The notes beneath the pieces were generated by a model. The model searched no databases. It saw nothing but the letters and a program-made list of their open reading frames with translations, and was not told where the DNA came from. A program made the translations under genes and the position numbers. A stretch of 40,494 bases of DNA from an uncultured Propionivibrio sp. (lineage in GTDB: Bacteria > Pseudomonadota > Gammaproteobacteria > Burkholderiales > Rhodocyclaceae), in contig CAZCJW010000002.1 in assembly GCA_964499185.1 (NCBI GenBank), positions 1 through 40,494 of the forward strand, given 5' to 3'. Below, piece by piece: positions 1 through 7,597 of the stretch (its first letter is position 1; each line of letters opens with the position of its first letter).

Positions 1-570
1 GATCGAGGCCATCATCAGTCCGAGAAACGCCCACAACCCTTCTCCGGGCGAAACGTGGGCCAGGTGCGACAGTTTCACGACGGCGACGATGATCGCCAGC
101 ATGAACACATCAAACATCAGCCAGTGGTTGAGACTCGAAAGAATGCGCATGAGCGGAACGAAATGCGGCACCAGCCGGCCTTTGCGCAGGGGATAGAGGA
201 TGGCAATCTGGAGCAGGAAAAGGAGCGCCGGCGCCACGATCAGAACCCCGATCACCAGGGCTGCCACACCAAACTGCCCGGCGCGCGAGAGGGCGATCGC
301 TCCCGAAAAGAGGGAGGTTTGCGTCTGGTGGCCGCCCACCGAAAGATTCACGACCGGAAAAACGTTGGCCAAAATCAGCAGGATCAGGCCGGCCAGACTC
401 CAGGCCACCGCATGGTCGAGGGGTTTGTCGGAATGGCGATAAAGCACGTGGTTGCAGCGCCGGCAACGAACCGTCGCCCCCGGCGCGGATTCCACCGCCC
501 GTTGCACCAGGTCGCATTCGTGGCAGGCGACCAACGCGTGCTCGGTCTGGTGTTCGTGGGTGATCGCCAT
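1..570 (-). CDS. pqiA: Paraquat-inducible protein A family membrane protein (3' end runs off the window)
   Basis: Not in ORF track (no stop in window). Manual translation from ATG 570: MAITHEHQTEHALVACHECDLVQ...CRRCNHVLYR...LANVFPVV...WLMFDVFMLAIIVAVVKL; paired CxxC motifs, ANxFP and W.M.DVF...VKL motifs typical of PqiA/YebS. Confidence 0.9.
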   Translation of the reverse strand, partial: MAITHEHQTEHALVACHECDLVQRAVESAPGATVRCRRCNHVLYRHSDKPLDHAVAWSLAGLILLILANVFPVVNLSVGGHQTQTSLFSGAIALSRAGQFGVAALVIGVLIVAPALLFLLQIAILYPLRKGRLVPHFVPLMRILSSLNHWLMFDVFMLAIIVAVVKLSHLAHVSPGEGLWAFLGLMMASI

Positions 571-655
571 GTCGTGGTCAGTGATGAAAACGGGTCCGGT
601 ACGTTCAAAAGGTTAGTGCCTGTCAGGCAGGGCCCGCAGATTCAGACATCCCTGA

Positions 656-794
656 TTATCGCTTCGGCCTGATGAAGTAGAAAGTAGTCGTCATACCGGC
701 GGAGGCCGGTATCCATTATCAGAGAGCAATCGCCGAATGGACCCTGGCCCTCGCCGGGGTGACGACTTCAAGCATCATCGCGCCACACCAAAAC
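656..794 (-). mobile_element. 139-bp MITE-like palindromic element, degenerate copy in reverse orientation
   Basis: Aligns over its full length, without gaps, to the reverse complement of 2401-2539; ends decayed (TTATCG...CAAAAC). Confidence 0.8.
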
Positions 795-855
795 ATCAAG
801 GATTGGGGCGATCGTACACGTATCCGGCACTGCGTGAAAACAATATGCAGTGAAT

Positions 856-924
856 AGTCCGGAGATTGACACGACAACGTTGCGCCGGTGCGACGGGAAC
901 TTTCCACTTCATCGGGACGTTGGA
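856..924 (+). repeat. Decayed partial copy (right end) of the 139-bp element
   Basis: 883-924 cgccggtgcgacgggaactttccacttcatcgggacgttgga matches element right end cgccggcatgacgggagctttctgcttcatcgggccattgca; weaker similarity back to ~856. Confidence 0.6.
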
Positions 925-929
925 TGCGA

Positions 930-1133
930 TCAGGACTTCCTGGCCCTCGGCTCAGCCGGTTCGACGATCCCCCAGTCGCCATGCTCGTACCAGTCTTCCC
1001 CGAGCAACTCAACGGGGTGCTGGGTCCGGTCGGAACCATTCCCACACCCGAGCGAATCGACCGGGCAGTATTTGTCGCAGCCCCAGCAAATCCGCTCAGG
1101 ATGCTTTGGATGCAAGGGGAATTTCTTGGCCAT
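930..1133 (-). CDS. DUF3079-family small Cys-rich protein
   Basis: MAKKFPLHPKHPERICWGCDKYCP..SLGCGNGSDRTQHP.EL.GEDW is the recognisable family signature; AAGGA RBS upstream of ATG 1133; 9 nt after previous stop. Confidence 0.85.
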   Translation of the reverse strand: MAKKFPLHPKHPERICWGCDKYCPVDSLGCGNGSDRTQHPVELLGEDWYEHGDWGIVEPAEPRARKS

Positions 1134-1142
1134 GGCCAGCAA

Positions 1143-1679
1143 TCAGTCCTTTCGAATTCGGCGTGCCGTCATGGCGCGACTCAGGTCTTCAACATCCTGG
1201 GGCGTCAGCAGCTTCCGCGCCAGTAGCAGGAGATCCCTGTTTTCCTTTTCGATGTGCTGGCGGTACAGCGTCGCCATCAGTCGCACCGACTCCTGTTCCA
1301 GAACGTCGCTCGAACCGTCGGCGATCGGCACCAGTTGCCGACGTATGGCTCCCACGGCGCTCGCCATCTTTACATGGTCGGCCAGCAGATCGCTGACCAA
1401 AGAATTTACCGCCGCCTGGTCATCAGCACCCGCCCTGCTGATCAGTACGGGAAACAGATTCTGTTCTTCGTCCTCATGATGGTTCGGGCCCGCCGTGTCG
1501 AAATAGCGAAGAATCGCCCGCGCGGCCTGGCGGGACTGCTCGTCCGCGCCATGATCAGGAAGATAAGCCGACAAGCGCTCCAGCGTCTTCAATTGCGCTT
1601 CGATACGCTCATGACAGGCTTCGAGCATTTCCAGCGGCTCATCAAGGGCAGGTGCGTACGGCAAAAGGGAATTGGTCAT
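1143..1679 (-). CDS. Hemerythrin/HHE cation-binding domain protein
   Basis: Motifs CHERI, HHEDEEQNLFP, DH, YRQHIEKE (two HHE repeats). Confidence 0.9.
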   Translation of the reverse strand: MTNSLLPYAPALDEPLEMLEACHERIEAQLKTLERLSAYLPDHGADEQSRQAARAILRYFDTAGPNHHEDEEQNLFPVLISRAGADDQAAVNSLVSDLLADHVKMASAVGAIRRQLVPIADGSSDVLEQESVRLMATLYRQHIEKENRDLLLLARKLLTPQDVEDLSRAMTARRIRKD

Positions 1680-1698
1680 GGTTACGGTCCAGTATGGC

Positions 1699-2364
1699 TC
1701 AGATTCCCCGTTCCGCGTTGAGAAAAAGTACGTTGTTTTCCAGATGGATATGCTGCATCAGGTCCTCCCGCAATCTCGCGAGGCCGGCGTAAAGCGCATT
1801 CCAGGTGTTGCAGGCATCGGCCGGCGTGGTGATATCGTCGGTCAGCGCTTCCAGCCGCGCCAACGCTTCACCGTGCTGGTCGTGTTCAAGGCGCATCAAC
1901 GAAATTGGCGACCGTGCCTCGCCATCCTGTCCTGCAAGCAGCATCGGGAACAGCACCTGTTCCTCCTTCACCATATGGCTGAGCAGTTCCTGGAACATCG
2001 CTTCAAGGTGATCGGCTAATCCGGCCGGGCAGTCCGCGCGCTCGCTGTGCACCTGCTCCACGCGCCGGGCAAGGCGGATCAATTCGGGCACGTCCTGGCG
2101 GTGCTGTTCGTGAAAACGCCTCAGAATGTAGTCGATCAGTTCGCCAGGCGACGCGGAACGCCAGTCGCGACTCTGCGAATCCAGCTGTTGCAACGGCTCC
2201 AATTCGGACAAAAGGGCTTCCGGGTTCAGACCGAGCTTCTCGGCCGCTTCACGCAAACTCTTGTGTCCGCCGCAACAGAAGTCGAGTTTGTGCTGATGGA
2301 ATATCCGGGTAGCGCCCGGCAATGCGCAGGCAAGTTGTCCGATCGGTTGTTCTAGCAGGCTCAT
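1699..2364 (-). CDS. ytfE: Iron-sulfur cluster repair di-iron protein (RIC/YtfE)
   Basis: N-terminal DFCCGG (ScdA_N) plus RFHEQHR, HMVKEEQVLFP, EHDQHG, HIHLENNVLF; 221 aa; GGAG RBS. Confidence 0.96.
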   Translation of the reverse strand: MSLLEQPIGQLACALPGATRIFHQHKLDFCCGGHKSLREAAEKLGLNPEALLSELEPLQQLDSQSRDWRSASPGELIDYILRRFHEQHRQDVPELIRLARRVEQVHSERADCPAGLADHLEAMFQELLSHMVKEEQVLFPMLLAGQDGEARSPISLMRLEHDQHGEALARLEALTDDITTPADACNTWNALYAGLARLREDLMQHIHLENNVLFLNAERGI

Positions 2365-2400
2365 GATGATGCTCCATGGGTTGAGTAAATGACAGCTGTA

Positions 2401-2539
2401 CTATTGATGCGGCACGACGATGTTTGAACTCGTCACCCCGGCGAAGGCCGGGGTCCAGTCGGCGATTGCTCTCCGACACTGGATGCCGGCCTTCGCCGGC
2501 ATGACGGGAGCTTTCTGCTTCATCGGGCCATTGCAATAG
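2401..2539 (+). mobile_element. 139-bp MITE-like palindromic element
   Basis: Imperfect ~22-bp terminal inverted repeats (CTATTGATGCGGCACGACGATG vs revcomp CTATTGCAATGGCCCGATGAAG) enclosing two inverted REP-like hairpins (GTCACCCCGGCGAAGGCCGGGGTCCAG ... CTGGATGCCGGCCTTCGCCGGCATGAC); same-length copies at 656-794 and 19007-19145. Confidence 0.85.
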
Positions 2540-2555
2540 AGCAAACCGCGTGCCA
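2540..2555 (-). promoter_or_regulatory. sigma54 (-24/-12) promoter of the ytfE operon
   Basis: Minus strand TGGCACGCGGTTTGCT = TGGCAC-N5-TTGC consensus, next to a sigma54 activator gene and its binding sites. Confidence 0.92.
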
Positions 2556-2557
2556 TG

Positions 2558-2576
2558 AATCAAGCAAATGATTTTT
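2558..2576. promoter_or_regulatory. Possible IHF site
   Basis: AATCAAGCAAATG and, on the other strand, AATCATTTGCTTG each one mismatch from WATCAANNNNTTR; in an AT-rich tract between promoter and enhancer sites. Confidence 0.45.
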
Positions 2577-2596
2577 AAAATAATTTTTTCGATTAC

Positions 2597-2654
2597 GGTA
2601 TTTTTTACCTTATACTTTCGCGGTCATTAAAACCTTTAAATGGTATTTATTACC
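2597..2654. promoter_or_regulatory. Three NorR binding sites (GT-N7-AC)
   Basis: ggtattttttacc 2597-2609, ggtcattaaaacc 2622-2634, ggtatttattacc 2642-2654; matches the established NorR consensus and three-site architecture. Confidence 0.9.
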
Positions 2655-4199
2655 GTGATCACATCACTGCTACTGGCCGATCTGGCCACTGAACTGCCGC
2701 ACACGGTTCGCCTCCAGCGCCTGGTCAACGCCATTCGCGCGCATTTCGGTTGCGGCGCGGTCGGTTTGCTGAAGATCGAAGGCGACAGCCTGCGCCCGCT
2801 GGCCGTTGACGGGCTGGGGCGGGAAACGCTCGGGCGCCGTTTTGTTGTCGCGCAACATCCCCGCCTGTCAGCCATCCTGGCCAGTCGCACGCCGGTGCGT
2901 TTTTCACCCGGCAGTTCGCTTCCTGACCCTTACGACGGGCTGCTCGACCATCACCTGGGCGAACCCTTGCCTGTGCACGATTGCATGGGAATCCGCCTGC
3001 AACAGGACGGCAAGACTTGGGGGGCGCTTACTCTGGATGCCCTCAGCGGTGAAGTCTTCGGCCAGTCTGCACAAAACGATCTGGCGCGCCTGGCGCTGAT
3101 GGTCGAAACCGCCGTGCGGATGACCCGAATCGAAGAGGAAAACCGCCGCCTGCGGGCCGGACGGCTCAACCAGGAAGCCCCTTCCCCGGTCACCGGTCCG
3201 CAGGGTGACGTGGAAATCATCGGCCAAAGTCCGCAGGTGCTGGAATTGCTGAACGAACTCGACGTCGTGGCCACTTCCGAATTACCCGTGTTGCTACTGG
3301 GCGAGACGGGCGTCGGCAAGGAACTGTTTGCGCGCCATCTGCATCGCGCATCGCGCCGCGCCGGCGGCCCGCTAGTGCAAGTCAACTGCGCCGCCCTGCC
3401 CGAATCGCTGGCCGAGAGCGAACTGTTCGGGCATGTCAAGGGAGCTTTTTCCGGGGCTCAAGGGGAACGCTCCGGGCGCATCGAGGCCGCCGAAGGCGGC
3501 ACGCTATTCCTGGACGAGGTTGGCGAACTGCCGCTCACCGTGCAGGCCAAATTGTTGCGTACCCTGCAGAATGGCGAAATCCAGCGCCTGGGGGCCGACC
3601 ACCCGCACACGGTTGACGTCAGGATCGTCGCCGCCACCAACCGGCAGTTGCCCGAACGTGTCCGCGAGGGGCATTTCCGTGCCGATCTCTACCACCGGCT
3701 TTCCGTCTACCCGGTGCAGATACCTCCCCTGCGCGACCGCGGCAACGACGTTCTGCTTCTGGCCGGCAGCTTTCTCGAGCTCAACCGCACCCGCCTCGGC
3801 TTGCGCGGCTTGCGCCTCTCGCCGCACGCCGAAACCGCCTTGTGCGCCTACGCCTGGCCCGGAAATGTCCGCGAACTCGAACACGTTATCAGCCGCGCCG
3901 CCTTGCGCGCCATCAGTCGCGGTGCCGCACGCACCGACATCGTTACCCTGGAGCCGGAACTGCTGGACCTTGACGTGTCATTGCCCAATCTCCCTCTCAC
4001 GGCTATTGCACCGCCGTCCGGCGAACGACCGAAAGCCCCGAATGCAGGGTTGAAGACGGCGGTGGAAGCCTACCAGCGACAACTCGTCCGGGACGCGCTG
4101 GCCAGTTGCGATGGCAACTGGGCCGGCGCGGCGCGCGCACTCGGCCTCGACGCCAGCAACCTGCATAAATTGTCGCGCCGACTGGGATTGAAAGACTGA
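2640..4199 (+). CDS. norR: NO-responsive sigma54-dependent activator NorR (GAF-AAA+-HTH)
   Basis: GAF iron-site motifs HPRL, LPDPYDGL, VHDCMG, LTLD; Walker A GETGVGKE, ESELFGH, GAFSGA, LFLDEVGE, WPGNVRELE; Fis-type HTH. Exact start uncertain (ATG 2640 or GTG 2655). Confidence 0.95.
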   Translation: MVFITVITSLLLADLATELPHTVRLQRLVNAIRAHFGCGAVGLLKIEGDSLRPLAVDGLGRETLGRRFVVAQHPRLSAILASRTPVRFSPGSSLPDPYDGLLDHHLGEPLPVHDCMGIRLQQDGKTWGALTLDALSGEVFGQSAQNDLARLALMVETAVRMTRIEEENRRLRAGRLNQEAPSPVTGPQGDVEIIGQSPQVLELLNELDVVATSELPVLLLGETGVGKELFARHLHRASRRAGGPLVQVNCAALPESLAESELFGHVKGAFSGAQGERSGRIEAAEGGTLFLDEVGELPLTVQAKLLRTLQNGEIQRLGADHPHTVDVRIVAATNRQLPERVREGHFRADLYHRLSVYPVQIPPLRDRGNDVLLLAGSFLELNRTRLGLRGLRLSPHAETALCAYAWPGNVRELEHVISRAALRAISRGAARTDIVTLEPELLDLDVSLPNLPLTAIAPPSGERPKAPNAGLKTAVEAYQRQLVRDALASCDGNWAGAARALGLDASNLHKLSRRLGLKD

Positions 4200-4383
4200 G
4201 GCGAGAAGCGACCGACTGGTTTCACCGCGCTGCGTCGAAACAGCATCGTCTACCCAGAAAATTCCCGCAAAAATCGGCGGTAAATACGGATATACATGCA
4301 TCGATACCGATGACATTATTCTTATTGCATTCAGCGTATTTTCGTATTTAGTTCAATTTTCGACTGAATTTGGAGGACAGGCC

Positions 4384-4572
4384 ATGCTTAAGACATACGA
4401 AAGTGGCAAAACGACTGCCGACAAAATCCTGTCGGGAACTCTCCAGCAAGACACCCGTTGGTTCGCTAGACACACCCAGGATGTTTCCGACGCCTCGCTT
4501 GCACAATTCGAGCGGCTGATGACTGCCATGGGATACCGGCGTCAGGAGTCTACCGACCGCCAAGCTGCGTGA
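4384..4572 (+). CDS. Hypothetical 62-aa protein, paralogue 1
   Basis: GGAGG RBS before ATG; colinear, same length as 4685-4873. Confidence 0.6.
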   Translation: MLKTYESGKTTADKILSGTLQQDTRWFARHTQDVSDASLAQFERLMTAMGYRRQESTDRQAA

Positions 4573-4891
4573 GCCGGTTCAGCTCCGGCATACGCGCCAG
4601 CCCGTAGGCGCCCCCCCGTATGTACAGCATTCGGAAGCCTATCTATTGTGACACCTGTATTTGGCCGAATCTGGAGGACACGCCATGACACAGGCGATTG
4701 GAAAAACCAAGGTTGTTATCAGCATGACGCCGTCAGGCTCCAACCAACAAAGCGGAAGCCGGTTCGCGCGGTACACCAAGGATGCCTCCGACGCCTCGCT
4801 TGCACAATTCGAGCGGCTGATGATTGCCATGGGATACCGGCGTCTGGAGTCTACCGACCGCCAAGCGGCGTGAGCCGGTTCAGCTCTGGCA
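4460..4891 (+). repeat. Direct repeat, ~130-bp high-identity units 301 bp apart (4460-4590 and 4761-4891)
   Basis: ...tccgacgcctcgcttgcacaattcgagcggctgatga(c/t)tgccatgggataccggcgtc(a/t)ggagtctaccgaccgccaagc(t/g)gcgtgagccggttcagctc(c/t)ggca present twice. Confidence 0.95.
4685..4873 (+). CDS. Hypothetical 62-aa protein, paralogue 2
   Basis: GGAGG RBS before ATG 4685 (preferred over track start 4661); C-terminal half nearly identical to paralogue 1. Confidence 0.6.
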   Translation: MTQAIGKTKVVISMTPSGSNQQSGSRFARYTKDASDASLAQFERLMIAMGYRRLESTDRQAA

Positions 4892-5606
4892 AGGCTACCG
4901 CTGCCCGCTCCGGAATGTAGTACTGCACCAGATCGCTCAGGCGCGTTCGCGCCGGGTTGATTTCGATCGTCGGAACACCGGCACGAACCGCACGCAGCAC
5001 CGGTTCGGCGATATACGAAAAAACGGCGGTCGTGCCGATGACGAAGACCATGTCGAAACCGCGTTCGAGCTCCTTGTACATTCGGTTGAGGGCCGCTTCA
5101 GGCAGCATTTCGCCGAACAGCACGACGCGCGGGCGCACGATCTCTCCGCAATGCCCGCATCGCGGTGGCACGGCAAGGTCTCCGGCATCGGCCGCCGCCC
5201 CGCAGTGGGCGCAGTAGCGCTCTTCCAGCGTGCCGTGAATCTCGATCACGTTCGAACTCCCGGCCTTGAGATGCAACCCGTCGATGTTCTGCGTGAGAAC
5301 GACCACCTTGCAATGCTTTTCCAGTGCGGCAATCGCACGATGGGCCGCATTCGGCTGAACACCGTGGCAATTGCGCTCGACTTGCGCCAGATACTTCCAG
5401 GTGATTTCGGGACGAATCGACATGCACTCGCCGGACAGCGCATCCTCGATGGACAAGCCGTCCTCGGTGGTTTCATCGTTGTACAACCCGCCCACGCCGC
5501 GGTAGGTCGGTAGTCCGGAATCAGCCGACACCCCGGCACCGGTAACGAATAGGACACGGCGCGCCTCACGCAGTTTTGCAGCAATTTCGCGATACGTTGC
5601 TTCCAT
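4851..5606 (-). CDS. cobB: NAD-dependent protein deacylase, sirtuin (CobB-like)
   Basis: TGAGVSADSGLPTYRG, TQNIDGLH, EIHG, CxxC...CxxC zinc site, RPRVVLFGE, GTTAV, EINP. Confidence 0.92.
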   Translation of the reverse strand: MEATYREIAAKLREARRVLFVTGAGVSADSGLPTYRGVGGLYNDETTEDGLSIEDALSGECMSIRPEITWKYLAQVERNCHGVQPNAAHRAIAALEKHCKVVVLTQNIDGLHLKAGSSNVIEIHGTLEERYCAHCGAAADAGDLAVPPRCGHCGEIVRPRVVLFGEMLPEAALNRMYKELERGFDMVFVIGTTAVFSYIAEPVLRAVRAGVPTIEINPARTRLSDLVQYYIPERAAVALPELNRLTPLGGR

Positions 5607-5609
5607 GAC

Positions 5610-6521
5610 TCATTCCTTGGCGTTGCCCGCCAGTCTGGCTTGCAGGCGCGGCCAGAGCAGGTTCATGGCCAGCCCCGCCATGACCAGCGCAGCGGAAACC
5701 AGTTTCCATAAAGGAAGCGCCTCAGCCAGCAGCAGCGCCGAGGCCCCCATCCCGAATACCGGCACCAGCAAGGCCATCGGCGTGATGGTTGCCGCCGGGT
5801 GCCGCGCCAGCAACCAGCCCCAGGCGACATAGCCGAACAGCGTGTTGCCCCAGGACTGCCAGACCACAGCCACCCAGGTCAGCGTGTCCGACTGGCGAAT
5901 CCCCGCCAGCGCCGCCTCCCACCCTTCGAGCGCCAGCGATAGGGCGAACAGCGGCGGAATGGCGAAAGCACTCGACCACACGACGTAGGCCAGCATGCTC
6001 TCGGGACGCCCATGCTTGGCCGCCATATTGCCCCCGGCCCACGAGAACGAGGCCATGAGGACCAACGCCAGCCCCAGCGGCGTGGTCGTCCCGTCGGTAT
6101 GCATGAGAATGTTCGCCACACCTGCCGTCGCCAGCAACAGCGCCAGCCACTGAAACGGACGCACGCGTTCACGGTCCAGTTTCATCGACAGGCCAATGGT
6201 GAAAAACACCTGAGTCTGCACGACAAGCGACGCAATGCCCGGCGAGATATGTCCGTTCATGGCGATATAAAGCAGTCCGAACTGGCCCACCCCGATAAAC
6301 AATCCATAGAGCGCCAGGTTGTGCCACCTCACCGCCGGACGCGGCAGAAAGAACATGGCCGGGATGAGCGCAAAACTGAACCGCAGCGCGGCAAACAGCA
6401 GCGGCGGCAAATCGCCCAGGGCGAACTTGATGACGACGAAATTGGTTCCCCAGATGCTGACCACGGCCAGTGCAAGGAAAAAATGAGAGAGGGGCAACGC
6501 AGCGTGCATTTCTTTACTCAA
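5610..6521 (-). CDS. EamA/DMT family transporter (O-acetylserine/cysteine exporter-like)
   Basis: ~10 TM helices, IWGTNFVVIK, PPLLFAALRF, GQFGLLY, LLVPVFGM. Confidence 0.9.
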   Translation of the reverse strand: MSKEMHAALPLSHFFLALAVVSIWGTNFVVIKFALGDLPPLLFAALRFSFALIPAMFFLPRPAVRWHNLALYGLFIGVGQFGLLYIAMNGHISPGIASLVVQTQVFFTIGLSMKLDRERVRPFQWLALLLATAGVANILMHTDGTTTPLGLALVLMASFSWAGGNMAAKHGRPESMLAYVVWSSAFAIPPLFALSLALEGWEAALAGIRQSDTLTWVAVVWQSWGNTLFGYVAWGWLLARHPAATITPMALLVPVFGMGASALLLAEALPLWKLVSAALVMAGLAMNLLWPRLQARLAGNAKE

Positions 6522-6553
6522 GTAGATTTCAGGGCTATCACGTTTGACTTAAA

Positions 6554-6688
6554 ACCTCACCGCGGAGGCACAGAGGCACGGAGATCACGCAGAGAAAACC
6601 GAAAAAAGGGGGTGAAACAAAACAGCAGGTACCCGGGTTTCTGCCTTTCTCTGCGAGTCCTCTGTGTCTCTGCGTCTCTGTGGTAGGT
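6554..6688. repeat. Long imperfect inverted repeat built from 8-bp RCRGAGRC-like units
   Basis: Left arm ACCTCACCGCGGAGGCACAGAGGCACGGAGATCACGCAGAGAAA pairs with right arm TTTCTCTGCGAGTCCTCTGTGTCTCTGCGTCTCTGTGGTAGGT. Confidence 0.8.
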
Positions 6689-6756
6689 GCTAAGTCTGCA
6701 AATGCAATTACCCTGAAGTAGTTCTGTCGGATGCCGAATGCTCGTCACATCCGTGG

Positions 6757-7590
6757 TCATTGGCCGCTGATCTCGTGGCAGGCCGCTTCGATCGAACGCA
6801 GCGCTTCAAGCCCGCCGCACGGCAAGGACACTCCCTCGGCCCGGCCCAATCCCGGCTCATCCGGATTGATGCGGATCAACTGGCCGCCGACCGACTCGCT
6901 CATCATGCGTACGGTCGGGATATTGGTGCCTGCGCCGATTTCGATCACCAACAGGCGTCCAACCCGGCGCAGCCAGCTCTGCAAGCGCCGGTGCTGCGCT
7001 TCGCTTCGTTCTTCCAGCCAGCCCCAGTCACCGAACATCAGGATATTCGGCCGGGCAATCCCCCCGCAATGTGGGCAACGCGGGAATTCCGACGTGAGGC
7101 GGCAGTTTTCCTCGTCGATCTGCGGATGAAAATCGTCCGCCAGCCAGATACTGCCTCGGCATCCGTCCAGGCATTGCAGGTGGTGGATCGAGCCATGGCA
7201 TTCGACAATGCTATCTTCATCGAACCCGGCCCTGGCGAAGTGTCCATCGACGTTGCTGGTGAACACGAAGCCGCCTTGCGCAAGTCGCTCGCCGATCCGG
7301 CGCAAGAGTTGGAAGCCGTCGTGCGGCACAGTGGTCCGATAGAGATTCAGGCGATGCCCGTAAAAACCCCAGGCCAGCCGCGGATCGCTTTCGAATGCCG
7401 CCGGATTGGCAATGCGTTCGAAAGCGATGCGCGCCCGACCGAGTGCTGGGTACGCGCGCCAGAACCCCTGCGGGCCCCGGAAATCCGGTAATCCCGAATC
7501 CACGCCCATGCCAGCGCCCGCCGTGACAAGCAATCCATCCGCCTGAGCGATCAGTTCGGCGCAACGCCGATATTCCGGCACACGGCTCAT
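6757..7590 (-). CDS. Second Sir2-family NAD-dependent deacylase (different subfamily)
   Basis: AGAGMGVDSGLPDFRG, AWGFYGHRL, TSNVDGHF, ECHGS, CPHCG..ARPNILMFGD, EIGAG, RINP; ATG 7590 preferred as it avoids overlap with the deaminase. Confidence 0.9.
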   Translation of the reverse strand: MSRVPEYRRCAELIAQADGLLVTAGAGMGVDSGLPDFRGPQGFWRAYPALGRARIAFERIANPAAFESDPRLAWGFYGHRLNLYRTTVPHDGFQLLRRIGERLAQGGFVFTSNVDGHFARAGFDEDSIVECHGSIHHLQCLDGCRGSIWLADDFHPQIDEENCRLTSEFPRCPHCGGIARPNILMFGDWGWLEERSEAQHRRLQSWLRRVGRLLVIEIGAGTNIPTVRMMSESVGGQLIRINPDEPGLGRAEGVSLPCGGLEALRSIEAACHEISGQ

Positions 7591-7597
7591 CGTGCGA

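Noticed and set aside
55-672. 205-aa plus-strand ORF in the track
   Set aside because: Antisense shadow of pqiA on the minus strand; no recognisable motifs.
3440-3460. GAFSGA instead of GAFTGA in NorR as a sign of inactivity
   Set aside because: Conservative T to S change; intact promoter and enhancer sites argue for function.
4851-7590. Sirtuins as anti-phage Sir2 effectors or SirTM ADP-ribosyltransferase
   Set aside because: Both are single-domain zinc-binding sirtuins with the catalytic His (EIHG, ECHG); no TIR, Argonaute, HerA or macrodomain neighbour.
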